From an uncultured virus (IMG/VR IMGVR_UViG_3300008050_000035) (Duplodnaviria; Heunggongvirae; Uroviricota; Caudoviricetes), in IMG/VR virus record IMGVR_UViG_3300008050_000035, positions 1-64,000 of that record: DNA of 64,000 nucleotides; one strand, given 5' to 3'. This document shows, in pieces, positions 19,051-31,000 of this stretch. A program made the position numbers and the translations under genes. The notes under the pieces are model-generated. The model ran no database searches. It saw only the letters and a list, made by a program, of their open reading frames with translations, and was not told the DNA's origin. Position 1 is the stretch's first letter. Each line of letters starts with the position of its first letter.

Positions 19051-22000
19051 TAGCTCTCCCCTGTTAATTCAGCATAAAGCTGTTTGTTTTGATTCCAGAC
19101 ATCACTGTTTGCATCAAAAGTTCTTTTCAAATGTTCGTTTCTGCGCCAAGCGTGCTTGCCGTAGAGTCTCCAAATATCTGTAAGATCTCTAGTGCCGTCT
19201 AAAGTATCTTCAACCCAGCGACCAAGATCGCCCTTGAAGTTATTCCAAATCATACTAGGGTCAGTTAAATTCACACCACTAACAATTGGATTCCCATTCT
19301 TCATAAGAGGGACAAGCATAATGGAGTCACCACGAAGAGCCTGCAAGAAGAGAATTGGACTGCCTAAAAGCCAAGTGAGTGATGGAGTAAGCCTGTTTCC
19401 AGCGAAAACAGCTCCACCGGCACCCAATATACCCATGACCCCCATGGCTGTGCCACTTTGCATGCGCAAGAACTTAGGAACAGTTTTCCCAGCAGCTCCA
19501 AATACCCAAGGAATACCCTTGAGAGCAAGAGCACCTGTAGCAACACCGAGAGCGCCGCCAGTAAACTGGGTCAAGCCCCTTTTGACACTTCCAAGCTCAT
19601 CCTCAATCTCCCGAATCTCTTCTAAATCACTTTTTCCAGTCTTCGGATTAGCAAATGGATCAAATGGTCGCAATTCAGCAGCTCTTTCTTCCAGATATTT
19701 GCGATATTCTGTAGCTGCATGTGGGGTTCCTAAATCTAAGGCTCCTTGCAAGCTACTTGAATCGTTTCCAGCACCAAATCCAAGAACCCAGTCCAAGAAC
19801 CGAAAGCGTGCACCTGGATCTGTAGCACCAAGACCTTCATACTGATCCTCAACATCTCTAACAGCCAGTGCAGCAACCTTGATGGCTTCTAGAACTGGCC
19901 ACGAACTAGTTTCATTAGCTATTACCATTGCAGATGGTTTTATCTCACTGATAAAACCAGTCTCATGACTGAACTGATGTACAATCTGTTCGACTTCGAA
20001 AGGTCCTACCATGTCATTGTAACTATCAGACAAGATTCCAACATCCCAAGGACGAATTCTTGGATTACCAAGAATTACAATCTCACCTCGATACATTTCT
20101 CGCATGGTGTGAAGCAAGGAACCAACACCATAACGCATAGCCATTTGGTATCCTCGCACATTGTAGCTTGGCTGTAATGGAAGGACCCTTAAGTCATGCT
20201 CCGGTATGAAAGCATGTGCTTTAAACATGGCGCTAGACGCCGGCGAATCTCCAAACTTTGCGTTTTCTTCAAAGTAAGTGACATCAACAGCATTATGCAC
20301 AGCATTTTCGCTACTCATTAAGCCATTCCAAACAATATCATGCTCACTAGTTACGCTATGGTAGCGTCTAAAAGGTTTGAAACGCAGGTTCAATGCTCTT
20401 AGATACTCCTTCATCGCTCTAGGTGTATATGTCAGCTGAGACAAGCTGCTTTTTATTTTGTCAACATCAACAGGATCTGTCTCGTAAACTGTTCCCGTTG
20501 TGATTTCAACGGGAACAGACTGCTGTGTGGCAGGATCATTTACATAAACGGTATTTGTTACCATATCATTAGCGCTGTTGCGATCAACACTAGCAGCAAC
20601 AATAGCCTCTTCATCTAGGTTCGCATCAAAATCTTCAAGAAGCAGACTTGTATAACCATCGTCAACAACATCACCATACAGTCTGCGATATTCATTCATG
20701 TCAACAGAGCTATTTCCAAGAACCTCATTTAAATCATTTGCTCTGCGAACAAACTCATTATCTCCTGGCTGACTCCAGTAGCGCTGACTTGGAACTCCAA
20801 AGAACATCGTATACCTAAACGCATGACCATAAGGTCTTGCAGCGTAAATCCAGCCTGGGTGCCGTAAGCTCATTTCATGAAAAACGTCCCAAATGGTTGT
20901 ACTAATCAATCGAAAACTACAGGAAGCTGGCGCAACTCGCTTATCCAGTGCAGGTTTGTTGCCAAACCAACGTGCAGCTTGGTAGCCAAGTTCGTCATCT
21001 GTGACAAATGCACTAACACCAGTTTTTACCACCCACATCTTCATATCTTCCCAGACTTTTGTCCAAGACTTATCATAAATTTCCATATAGTCTTTTGGGT
21101 GTGGGGGAAACAGATTGTCATCTTGAGGACTGAGAAATAGCGAAACTTGCTTTTGTCGAAAATAAGCTTTAATCCTACCAACAGAGGCATCGTAAAGCTC
21201 ACTAAATGCCCAATCAAGACCAGCAAGAGGCAGGGCTGAAATAGAAACGCCACCAACCAGCAAAGGCGCGCGATACCAAATACCACCCCAGACTCTAGAG
21301 ATAGGTTTGATACCAACAGAACGCAACAATCCAACGCTTTGGCCAGCAATTTGTTGCATTGGGTGACTCATCCACTGACCTTTAAGTACTAAGTTCGCTA
21401 TTTCAGCATCTGCTTTAGCAAGAGCACGAGCTGCATCGTCAATAGAACCTACTGCAGCTCTTCGAATCGCATTTGCCTGAATTCGCTGACTCTCTCTAAC
21501 TAGCGCTCGACCGGCAGTGCCACCAGCATCACGCAAAGCCATTCCGCGTAAAGCCTGCTGGTTCTTAACAAGTCGACTAACAGCCCTAATGTCTGCTTGC
21601 ACAACTTTGTTTGCAACAGTAGTAGCAACACCAATACGCTTGCCAACAATATTGGTAAGGGCACTGCGATAAAACGCAGTGCCAGGCCCATTGACCCCAA
21701 GCGTACCAAGCCACTTGGATACCCAGCTGAAATTTTTCACACCTCTGGTAGCAACAGCTCCAGTTCTTGCCAGACCTGCAGCAGGACGCAGAAGGCGACC
21801 AACACCTGGAATCCTACCAAGAACTGCAGCACCACCAATAGCAAGAGTCGCCGTGATGATCGGATTGTTTAACATCCAGTCAGTGACCCTGTTCGTCGCT
21901 TTGAATGCGCCTAAGAAACCTTTGCGACTGTAATCAACGAAATCCAATCGAGCATCCTGACCCTCACCAACTTGATACAGTTGGCCAAACTCCCATCGCC

Positions 22001-25000
22001 CAAAATGCTGAAGTTCTGGCTCCAACATCATGGCTCCTAGGAGCTGGTGAGTAGTCGCAAATGCACGACTGTCGTTAGCCGCACTGGTTCCCTTTATGGC
22101 TTGCTGCAATTCGGTACCAAAGCTTTGAACAAGAATTTCTGCTCTATCTCCACCCTGATTCCAAGTGACGTCTACGACACGGCCGTTAATCAAAACTTCT
22201 AGCAGATCAGGATCATTGCTATAGCCAACTCTTAGCTGTACATTTAGTCCTGGTCGAAGAACCAAAGCGCCAAAAGGTTGGTCAAGAGCACTTCCCTCAT
22301 TGACAGAATCTCCACTAAGCTTACTAGCTTCCCCTGGAATATTAATTTTGCTGGAATCTGAAAAATAGTCCAAATCTACAACAGCATCACGCTTGGTGCC
22401 ATCCAGAGTGCCAGCTACGTTTAGTAAACTAACGACAGCATGATCAGCAGGACTTTTTCTATTCTGCTCAACAGTAAAACTAGTTACGCCATTATAGCTG
22501 AAGAAATCATCAAAGTTGAGAAGCCGACTCTCAAACTCATCTTCTTCAACAAAGAAAAGCTTAAAGGTAGGATAAGCCCGAGACATTCTGCGCTTGCGAC
22601 CGAAAATATCATTAGCACTATTCAAAGCCAGCTTGTTTAGCGACTCTTTATTGAACCTATGAGAAGGGTCGGATTCTCGCTCAACAAGTGTACCCCTTAA
22701 CCTGTCTGCTAAATTCTCAGGAATTTCTTTCTGGTCAAGATAGCCACTACGACTACCAAACATCTGATCTACAGATGCTACTGCATCCTGAAGCTCATTA
22801 TATTGAGCCGCAGTAACACGACGCGGATACTGTACCCCGCCACCCTGACCAAAAGCACCTTCAAAATTACTTAAACGTACATCTTCTACATGGACACTGG
22901 ACAGAGCTTTGGCTTCTTCTATTGAGATTGACAATTCTGGTTTGGTTGAATCCTTCTCAGTCCCCATGCGTGCTTCTTCAGCTTCACTCTGCAATGCATC
23001 AACAGCATTAGTGATATTGCCAATATGCTCTGAAATCGCTTCGGTACTTTCAGGATTGGGATAAAACGGAAACCCTGTTGCGCCTTTTTTTCCAGTGTCC
23101 GTAGCCTCAGCATTGTAATACTGAGGTAAACTAATGCGATCGTCCGTAGCTGGCTCCTGTACGTACCTGTCACCACTAGGCTCATAGGAACCACCGCTCT
23201 CAATCTTCTTCATGGAGTTGTAGCAATTGCTAACAATATCACCCATAACATCTTGAATAGCAGTAATTACAGTTCTGTTGTGCGCATCTCCATCTTCATA
23301 CATGTTCCACATATAAAAATCAGGAGGGCAAGCAGCAATATCTCCGTAATACGGATGATGCGGTAAGTCCATATCAGGTAATGCGGGAGAGCCCTGAATG
23401 CGCGCTCGCTTGTTCACACGACTGAGCCCCTGAAGGCCAAACGCCTTCAGGACGTCATAATCATTAAGCAGATCACGAGCGTAGCGTGCAAACAAGCTTT
23501 TGAAATATTCAATCTTTTTACTTTCTAAACTGGCTTCTGCGTGCCAAATAAATGGTCCTCCAGGAGGCCAAATGCCCTCCTGCTTATTAAAAAAGAACCA
23601 ATCCCAAGACGCTCCATCTGGTAGTAAGATAGGAACAGCAATCTGCCCTTTGGGAATGTCAGATGGCTGAGCAATACCGATATCTTGGTTTTCCTTACTA
23701 GCCTCACGAATATTGTCGCTTGTAGTACCACGCTCAGTCATAACGTACTTTGGCATATCGAAAAATCTATCAAACTGAAAATCACCACAACTTGCAGCTG
23801 TTTTCTTAAGCTGCTCAGTCGTACTTGCAAAGACTGGAGAGCCACCCTCTCCAGCAACAGTACCAAGTATATCGCCAAAGATAGTGCTACTCACATAGGA
23901 CTTGAAACGCTCTTCTACAAGATCTCTAACTGGCAATTGCCACATATAATTGTTAGCAATATCAGTTAGAACGTCATCATGCATCTCAGCCCAAAAATCA
24001 GCGTAGATACCACGATCACTATCATTCCATTGGCCAAACTTAGTTTTTAACGCCTTGTCACCACCATTGACAACAGTTGCCCATATAAAACTTACAGGGC
24101 GCTCGACAATAGTGCCAAGAGCACCCCAGCCAACCAAACCACCAGCATAGCCTGCTCCAAAACCTGTCTGTAGTTTTTTCAAATCAACAGATGTCAAACC
24201 GTTCTGCGGATGCCACTGTAGCCAATTTTGATTTTCTACCAAGTGTTCTACAACAGCACCAGTCGCAAGCGACTCTTCTAGAGGTTTTGTTTGATTAGAA
24301 GAACTGGGTCCAGGATATGGATTAACAGCAGCAACAGTAGCTAAGTAGAGCTGATAGCCCTTGAAAAGATTTGGCTGCACAGGTAGCTCGTAGAGTTCGT
24401 CCTGCACAAAATCAATAGTATTCCCGCCTGCCTGCACTGTGCCATAAGCAAGTTGGTCGTCAGACTCAGCAAGAATAGCACTAGCAGTCTGAATTGTCTT
24501 ATGAATCATTGTCCAATAGTCAAGAATCTTCTCCATCGGAACTTTACCAAGAACTTGCGTATCTTGGCTTGCCTGAAGAAGAGCACTAATGTCAAATTCC
24601 TTAGGGGTAATGTTTTCATCCGGAACTGAAGAAGCTGTAGGGGCAGCTACAGGTCTGCCCTCCTTGGCCACTTGGGCGTAAGCTGCTCTCCAAGCATCGC
24701 CTTGATGCCCACCGGCACCACCGCTTTGCGGAACACCACCAAACACCTGGTCTAAGGGAACTGCGTTCAAATTAGAAAAGATAGAGGATTCTGGCAAAGA
24801 TGTGCCAGCACCAACAATATTGCCAATACTGTCTGGGCCATTAGCCAAAGAACTGAAGTCATCGCCAAAAATAATCCAGTCATTATCACTCTTGTCTCTG
24901 TAAAGAGCCACATTATCATCTTCTACCAAGAGTGGCGATGTGACGTACGACAATTCGAACTGACCAAATTCATCCGACTCTTGGCGATATGTGTTAGCAC

Positions 25001-28000
25001 CAGCAAGCTGAGCAATGAGTACTTGCTGAAGTAACTCAGCTGCCTCATCTTTGAAAGCTAATTTGTAAACTGCATTTAAAACTTTAGAATATGCAACTTC
25101 TAAATCCTCTACTGCAGGAGCTGTACCATTAATAGCCTCACCAACGTAAGGGTTAGTTTCAGACAGTTCAATAGTATGACAACTCATGCCAGGATGTCCT
25201 TGCACAGTCATACTGTTACTACGAGTAACCATAGCACGCCTAAGGACTTCGATATCTGCAATTACTGGCTCTTCACCAGCTTCCGTGACGTTGTTGTACG
25301 TAGCAATCTGAATGTCATCAGGAGAGAAAGTACCCAAGAGCCTAGTAACAAAACTATCCACAGCGACACACCAACTATCCGTAATGCCACGAAAGTTACG
25401 TGCATTCGCATGCAGCAACCCTCGCATCGCAAGCAGCACTTCAGTCTGCTTGCTGACACCTGCAAGTCTTTGTGTGCCACTACCCTCGAAATCCACAGAG
25501 CAAAATTCGAAACTGTAAAACGGCTCAATGCTACCCAAATGCTGTTGGGTAGGAAACTCATACCCAAGAATAGGAATATTTGCCACTATGTGACGAAGAC
25601 CGCCAGCAACAGCAGTGAGAACAGTAGGGTCAGAATAAAAGCCTTTTTCAAGTTGTTCTTCGTTTCCAGGCCCAACTAAAAGCTTGTGGTGCTTCCACCA
25701 CACATTAGTAATCTTGCTGTCACGATCATAATACAGCCAACCGTCTCTCCAAAGATTGTCTAAGATCTGACCAACAGACTGAAGCTCTTCGTTGCTGATA
25801 TTGCCTTCTTTTGCTTCTTCTGCAATGTCTTCCTTGACAGTTGTTTGAGTAGGAGTTGTGAAAGAAGGGCTGGCAGTTAGTTCATAACTTCCAGCAACAC
25901 TGGTCTCCAAAGGACCACTTAAGTCCACGGGGACCATGCGACTAGAACGTTTCCAATCCTCTTTTAAAGCTGGAGTACCAGTCCATGGCGGATCAATACC
26001 TACTCCAAGATCTTCACTTTCCCAATATTCAAAATGAAGATGAGTTTGGTAATGCCAAACACTACTTCTCTCTCCACTTGGATTGTCCCAGAAATTCTGA
26101 TTAGAAGTTCTGGATATGTACTGATATCCATTAGAGCCAGAGGTCAGATATTCTTTTCTAGCTTCTACTATAGCATTGGCTTTAAATGCTTCATTCATAG
26201 GGCCACTACCACTCATCCAGCCAATGAGTGTTCCGGCAGGAATCTCCTCTGTGGCGTTAAGTGAATTCATTGCGGCTTCAGAAACACCACCAAGATGCAT
26301 ATACATACTCAGGTTGTTCCCATGAGACATTTGTATATAATTGCCCGCACTAGGAGCTTCGACATAATACCAAGCATTACGATACTTGATAGATTTAACA
26401 AACGAGCCAACGGGGAACGTTTCCCCAAATTCTCTAGTGACATTCGCTCCTCGAAAATTAACTTCTGGAACGATAGCCTTGATGCTGACTTCAAAATCTT
26501 CCTGATCGAAAGGCAACGAAGTAAGCTCTGTGTCATTCAAGTACGCAAGTTTCCAACTCCCACCACTAGAAGAATCCGTCAATTGAATATGACTGACAGT
26601 ACCTGCCTCAACAGCATAAATAGGCACTAAGACGTCTGGCTTATTTCGATCACGATCACCTGCACCAATGTCAGTACCCCAGTGCATACTTCCACCAGTT
26701 GGGCGGCCTGCCAAACGAGATCGAGTAGCTGCAGAACGCCAATGGACAGTATCTGTAACGCGCACTTCATCAACAGGCATGGGTACATCTTCGTTAGAGT
26801 AGCCTACTGGTGACACACGAGGACTGCCGTCTTTGCCGAGAGCACTACTGAAACGTCTACGTACTTTAACTCTGTCTACATGAAAAGTGTCAGTGGGATC
26901 AAAACGCAATTCCCAACCATCTACCTCAGTACCACCTGCGGACGGTAGCTTGTCCTTGGCAACACGTAACGTCTCTTTGTGCGCATCACTAATCATACCG
27001 GTCCACTCCGCTGGAAGCCTAACTTCCTTGTACGCAAAGAAGTGAAACAGTGCACCACCATGAACACTGTTCATCTTTGCAACAATGCCATTTCTAAGGA
27101 ACTTCCATTCACGATACAACTCTTCAGTACTTGCTGGAGGTCCAGAATGCAAACCAAAGGTATGTCTGTCATTGCGATACAAAACGGCACTAAACAGCGC
27201 TCCCCAAAGAGTGCTGGTTAGAATCTCTTTCTCAACATCAATAGAGAAAGCTTTCATAAGGGCATCTCGTTGCAACAGGTTGATATACCTAGTATAGATG
27301 CGTGATTGCGCTGGACGTTGAACAAATTCTGATTGAGCCATTTTGTCAGGCAAGGGGAGAAGATCAAAAATCTCCCCTTGGTGAAACTCTTCCATCTGTT
27401 CAATAGTCAATTCTTGACGATCTTGATACTGACCTTGAACAGCACTCCAAGAACGGATCTCATTATCAGAATTACCAAGCTTCGGCAGAATAGTGTGTTT
27501 TTGTTTTTTTTGACCAGCCTTCGCATCCCATCCAATAGTGGTTTCAATACCACTGCCTTTTGTATGCGAAGTCTCACCTGTAACTGGAAGCGTATGCCAA
27601 TCTTTACGATAGAGCCAATTGTGAACATATGGGAAATAATTAAACCAAGTAAGATCTAATTGCATAATCCATGTGTCGCTGCTGCCCTGCATGGGCGCAA
27701 CATTCAAACCAGTCATAGTAAACGCCATGGCCTGGCTGTAGGGCCAGTGTGGCACAATCGTTTCTCTAAGGAAACGATTTTCAACATAACAGAAAGGACT
27801 GTGTCTAAATTCAACAACCAGTCTATGCATATCTAAAACCATAGGACCTGTGAAGGGAATGGTGATGCTTACAGCCACCTGCCCATGTCCGCTTGGAACT
27901 TTGGTTGTCGCGCGCTGACGCAGTGCTCTCCACTGCCAAACCAAATCTTCAATCTGAATATCAATGTTCGTTGGCGGAACTACGAGGTCAATGTCATTGA

Positions 28001-28064
28001 TAACAAAAACATTCTTACGGTATCCGTAAGTCGGCTCGAATTGGTCCATGGTCTTGGTTGGCAT
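19050..28064 (-). CDS. Giant baseplate hub / tail-associated lysin: M23 metallopeptidase domain plus gp27/VgrG-like hub segments and hydrophobic helices
   Basis: About 3004 aa (ATG 28064, TGATG overlap). M23 motifs HWGTD (26670-26684), YMHL and HLHFE (26028-26042). Hub-type motifs LRPGLNVQLRVGYSND...INGRV and YRGEIVILGNPRIRPWD...FEVEQIVHQFS..TGFISEI. Confidence 0.75.
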   Translation of the reverse strand: MPTKTMDQFEPTYGYRKNVFVINDIDLVVPPTNIDIQIEDLVWQWRALRQRATTKVPSGHGQVAVSITIPFTGPMVLDMHRLVVEFRHSPFCYVENRFLRETIVPHWPYSQAMAFTMTGLNVAPMQGSSDTWIMQLDLTWFNYFPYVHNWLYRKDWHTLPVTGETSHTKGSGIETTIGWDAKAGQKKQKHTILPKLGNSDNEIRSWSAVQGQYQDRQELTIEQMEEFHQGEIFDLLPLPDKMAQSEFVQRPAQSRIYTRYINLLQRDALMKAFSIDVEKEILTSTLWGALFSAVLYRNDRHTFGLHSGPPASTEELYREWKFLRNGIVAKMNSVHGGALFHFFAYKEVRLPAEWTGMISDAHKETLRVAKDKLPSAGGTEVDGWELRFDPTDTFHVDRVKVRRRFSSALGKDGSPRVSPVGYSNEDVPMPVDEVRVTDTVHWRSAATRSRLAGRPTGGSMHWGTDIGAGDRDRNKPDVLVPIYAVEAGTVSHIQLTDSSSGGSWKLAYLNDTELTSLPFDQEDFEVSIKAIVPEVNFRGANVTREFGETFPVGSFVKSIKYRNAWYYVEAPSAGNYIQMSHGNNLSMYMHLGGVSEAAMNSLNATEEIPAGTLIGWMSGSGPMNEAFKANAIVEARKEYLTSGSNGYQYISRTSNQNFWDNPSGERSSVWHYQTHLHFEYWESEDLGVGIDPPWTGTPALKEDWKRSSRMVPVDLSGPLETSVAGSYELTASPSFTTPTQTTVKEDIAEEAKEGNISNEELQSVGQILDNLWRDGWLYYDRDSKITNVWWKHHKLLVGPGNEEQLEKGFYSDPTVLTAVAGGLRHIVANIPILGYEFPTQQHLGSIEPFYSFEFCSVDFEGSGTQRLAGVSKQTEVLLAMRGLLHANARNFRGITDSWCVAVDSFVTRLLGTFSPDDIQIATYNNVTEAGEEPVIADIEVLRRAMVTRSNSMTVQGHPGMSCHTIELSETNPYVGEAINGTAPAVEDLEVAYSKVLNAVYKLAFKDEAAELLQQVLIAQLAGANTYRQESDEFGQFELSYVTSPLLVEDDNVALYRDKSDNDWIIFGDDFSSLANGPDSIGNIVGAGTSLPESSIFSNLNAVPLDQVFGGVPQSGGAGGHQGDAWRAAYAQVAKEGRPVAAPTASSVPDENITPKEFDISALLQASQDTQVLGKVPMEKILDYWTMIHKTIQTASAILAESDDQLAYGTVQAGGNTIDFVQDELYELPVQPNLFKGYQLYLATVAAVNPYPGPSSSNQTKPLEESLATGAVVEHLVENQNWLQWHPQNGLTSVDLKKLQTGFGAGYAGGLVGWGALGTIVERPVSFIWATVVNGGDKALKTKFGQWNDSDRGIYADFWAEMHDDVLTDIANNYMWQLPVRDLVEERFKSYVSSTIFGDILGTVAGEGGSPVFASTTEQLKKTAASCGDFQFDRFFDMPKYVMTERGTTSDNIREASKENQDIGIAQPSDIPKGQIAVPILLPDGASWDWFFFNKQEGIWPPGGPFIWHAEASLESKKIEYFKSLFARYARDLLNDYDVLKAFGLQGLSRVNKRARIQGSPALPDMDLPHHPYYGDIAACPPDFYMWNMYEDGDAHNRTVITAIQDVMGDIVSNCYNSMKKIESGGSYEPSGDRYVQEPATDDRISLPQYYNAEATDTGKKGATGFPFYPNPESTEAISEHIGNITNAVDALQSEAEEARMGTEKDSTKPELSISIEEAKALSSVHVEDVRLSNFEGAFGQGGGVQYPRRVTAAQYNELQDAVASVDQMFGSRSGYLDQKEIPENLADRLRGTLVERESDPSHRFNKESLNKLALNSANDIFGRKRRMSRAYPTFKLFFVEEDEFESRLLNFDDFFSYNGVTSFTVEQNRKSPADHAVVSLLNVAGTLDGTKRDAVVDLDYFSDSSKINIPGEASKLSGDSVNEGSALDQPFGALVLRPGLNVQLRVGYSNDPDLLEVLINGRVVDVTWNQGGDRAEILVQSFGTELQQAIKGTSAANDSRAFATTHQLLGAMMLEPELQHFGRWEFGQLYQVGEGQDARLDFVDYSRKGFLGAFKATNRVTDWMLNNPIITATLAIGGAAVLGRIPGVGRLLRPAAGLARTGAVATRGVKNFSWVSKWLGTLGVNGPGTAFYRSALTNIVGKRIGVATTVANKVVQADIRAVSRLVKNQQALRGMALRDAGGTAGRALVRESQRIQANAIRRAAVGSIDDAARALAKADAEIANLVLKGQWMSHPMQQIAGQSVGLLRSVGIKPISRVWGGIWYRAPLLVGGVSISALPLAGLDWAFSELYDASVGRIKAYFRQKQVSLFLSPQDDNLFPPHPKDYMEIYDKSWTKVWEDMKMWVVKTGVSAFVTDDELGYQAARWFGNKPALDKRVAPASCSFRLISTTIWDVFHEMSLRHPGWIYAARPYGHAFRYTMFFGVPSQRYWSQPGDNEFVRRANDLNEVLGNSSVDMNEYRRLYGDVVDDGYTSLLLEDFDANLDEEAIVAASVDRNSANDMVTNTVYVNDPATQQSVPVEITTGTVYETDPVDVDKIKSSLSQLTYTPRAMKEYLRALNLRFKPFRRYHSVTSEHDIVWNGLMSSENAVHNAVDVTYFEENAKFGDSPASSAMFKAHAFIPEHDLRVLPLQPSYNVRGYQMAMRYGVGSLLHTMREMYRGEIVILGNPRIRPWDVGILSDSYNDMVGPFEVEQIVHQFSHETGFISEIKPSAMVIANETSSWPVLEAIKVAALAVRDVEDQYEGLGATDPGARFRFLDWVLGFGAGNDSSSLQGALDLGTPHAATEYRKYLEERAAELRPFDPFANPKTGKSDLEEIREIEDELGSVKRGLTQFTGGALGVATGALALKGIPWVFGAAGKTVPKFLRMQSGTAMGVMGILGAGGAVFAGNRLTPSLTWLLGSPILFLQALRGDSIMLVPLMKNGNPIVSGVNLTDPSMIWNNFKGDLGRWVEDTLDGTRDLTDIWRLYGKHAWRRNEHLKRTFDANSDVWNQNKQLYAELTGES

Positions 28065-31000
28065 CAATACTCTCCCATTAGTCGATCAGTATAAGATCTC
28101 GTGATTGGACGTCTAGTGTCATTAATTCTAACTGACCCAGCAGCATTACCTCCAGTCATCGCCCCTACGTACTTCATAGCTCCGTTGAGCCCGAATCCGT
28201 TTGGCAACACACCTTTGATTTGATAACTGCTTGGGCGCGACATATACGCACCACCACTATTGATTGGCCTGTCTATCATACCATAATCACTTGACGGCCT
28301 GCCAAGACTTTCTGGCGCTATGTGACCTCCACTGTTTTTAAATAAACTTCCTTGAGCAATAGCATTGCTAACTTGAGGAGAGGTGTACTCTCCGGGTGCT
28401 GAAAGAGGAGTGGCAGCATAGCCTGGCGTGCCAATCGCACCCATTGCAAACATACTTGCAGCTGCACCCATTGCGATGGGCGCAGCCATCCTTTTGTCAA
28501 GCTTGTCTATGAGGTTGGTGATTTGCCCAAGCCCTTTAGAAAAACCAGCCATACCATGTTGAGGAGAATCACTAAACGCAGCCATACCAGCAGTTTCCAT
28601 ATTGGAGCCTGCTAGAGCTTGGATAAACATATTGGGACCAGCAGAAAAAGCATGCGACATAGCCTTAGCAGTGCCAGGCATATTGGTTCCGGCAGCTACA
28701 GCAGAGTTGGCCACCTTCAGAGACGCATCTACAAAATTGTCAATATTGACGCTAAGCGTCCTACCCTTCGTAATTTCAGCAGCCCACTGGCCGGTCCTGC
28801 CCTCCCCTACAATATCACCAACTTTAAAGCTGGTGTTCTGGTTATGAAAAATCTTATTCTTTAGAACATTGCGAAGCTCCTCAGCAGAATCTTGAGAAGG
28901 ACTGGACATTAGCCGCTCAACGGCTCCACCCACCTCTTCGGCAAGAGGTACAAATACTTTCAGCTTCTTAGCCTTGAGAAGTACGTTCTCCTCAAGGGCA
29001 CCAAGGATATCTCGATGCGCACGAATCTGATCAATATTGGCTCCATAGTTGCCAAGAGCCTCGTGCAACCCACGAAGACGAACGTCCATCGCACCAGTTT
29101 GCTGCGAAATACCCATCTCCTTCATCATGTCTTGCACAATTTTATCATCTAGGCCCCCACCAAGAGTATCTCCATAAGAAACCATACCCTTCTTGATAGC
29201 AGTACCCACACCGCCTTTAAGCACACGACTTTGAAGCTCCATAGCTAAACGCGCAGGATCCCCGACTTGTGCAGCAAGTCTCCTTCTCACTATTGCGCTA
29301 GTCTTGGGATCAAGCATCATGCTAAGTGCTGTATCACCATCCATATCCATGAATGCTTGAGGCGCAAGTCCAATGTCACCAGCTGCAGTAAGTACACGAG
29401 GCACAATCATGCGACCACCACCCTGCCCACCGGTAAATTGATCAATATTGTCAATCAGAGTGCGAAAAAACTTGCGATTAGCATCATTGCCTTTGTCACC
29501 AGTAGCTGCTGCAATATCGGCGAAGCTTTTAATATCTTTGCGAAAGATACTTTTCATGAACTCTTCACCTCGCATCTGCTTAAACTGCTGATCGCCAGCA
29601 GCATCCAAACCACTAAAAACCTGGAGTTGCGCTCCTTTGATTTTATTAAAAAAAGCATCAGTACCTTGAAGAGCACTAACTTCTCGTAGATCACGGAACA
29701 CTTGGGACATAAAAACATTACCTGCAGAAATAAGAGGATGTCGTCCACTCACGCGAATAAGACCGCTGCCAAGCCTTTTGTTTCCTGCTTTATGTTCCAT
29801 TCCTGTAAAGAACATGCGAGCACTCTCAGCCAATTGCTTACTGCTAGTGCCACCAGCTTTCTGACCATGAAGTTCGCTTAGCATCATGGTCGCGTCAGCA
29901 AATACAGCAGTGCCACCAGTACTTCTAAAAAGTTGGTTAGCTACACGACCCTGCTGGCGGCTAGTAAAGCCAGCGCCAGTAGTAAGGTTATAAGAACTAA
30001 CTCTAGGAGAACTACTGCCCCGAACCTTGCCACGAGCAAGGTTCGCAATACTGGTACTCATAAGATCCAAAGCATTACTGCGCCAAGTCTTGAGACTTTC
30101 ACGCAGAGGGTCACCACCTGTAGTAGCATGATCGGCCAAACGCTTTTGCAAACCACTCACAAGCTGACCATACGCAGCACTGACCTCTTTGCTTTGCCCT
30201 CCAGCAATTCGCACACTAGTCCCACTGCCAGCCTCATAGGCTTCCATGCCTGGCATATACATACTGCTAGATCCAAAAACATCCTGAACGGCTCTGCCAA
30301 TGTGCGCAGGAGCGTCACTAAAATCTAAAATGGCTCCTTGCTTCTGAGTACGCAACCAATCTGTCATCTGTCCAGTTGACCTGCCACCCTCAGTGAAAGC
30401 GTCACCAAACTGACTGTACTTGAGGCGCGTAGCACCTCTTTCGGTGAAAGCGTCTACAGCATTACGATGCCCAGTGACACTGCGCCCCATACCCATCATT
30501 TGCTCAGCGAGAGCATAGTGACGACCAAAGCCAATTTTATTAGTATAGATGCCAGCAACTGCGTCAACAGACTGCTCTTTGCTCATACCTAGCTGAAGCA
30601 TGCGTTCGTATGCTGTCTGAGCGAATCTGCGTTCAAGACCAACACGCGCAGCACCCCAGTCTCCGGCGGATGGGCCAACTTGAACCGTGTCAATAAAACT
30701 AACAAGTCCGCGTCTCATCGCCGCAAGAGCATCAGCGCTTCCAGCACCAAGTCCACGAACCATCTTCTGAAGTTTCGCCTGGTCAATTCCGCCTTTACCA
30801 ACACCTCCGCCCTCTGCCCCATGGTATACGCCAGCAAGCATCATTCCAATATTCTTAGCACCAACACCACGCTGCTGCATTAATTCAAATGCAGCTTGAG
30901 CGTAAATCTGATGTCCCTGCTTGCCTAGCATACCTCCACCAGCATCTGAAAGAGCCTGCGCTCGAGCACGCAATGTTTTGTGGTTTACGCCAAACATTTT

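Noticed and set aside
19192..19845. 217-aa plus-strand ORF, and similar short plus-strand ORFs throughout (e.g. 44761-45345, 25176-25679)
   Set aside because: They lie fully or almost fully within long minus-strand genes and have no independent coding signals.
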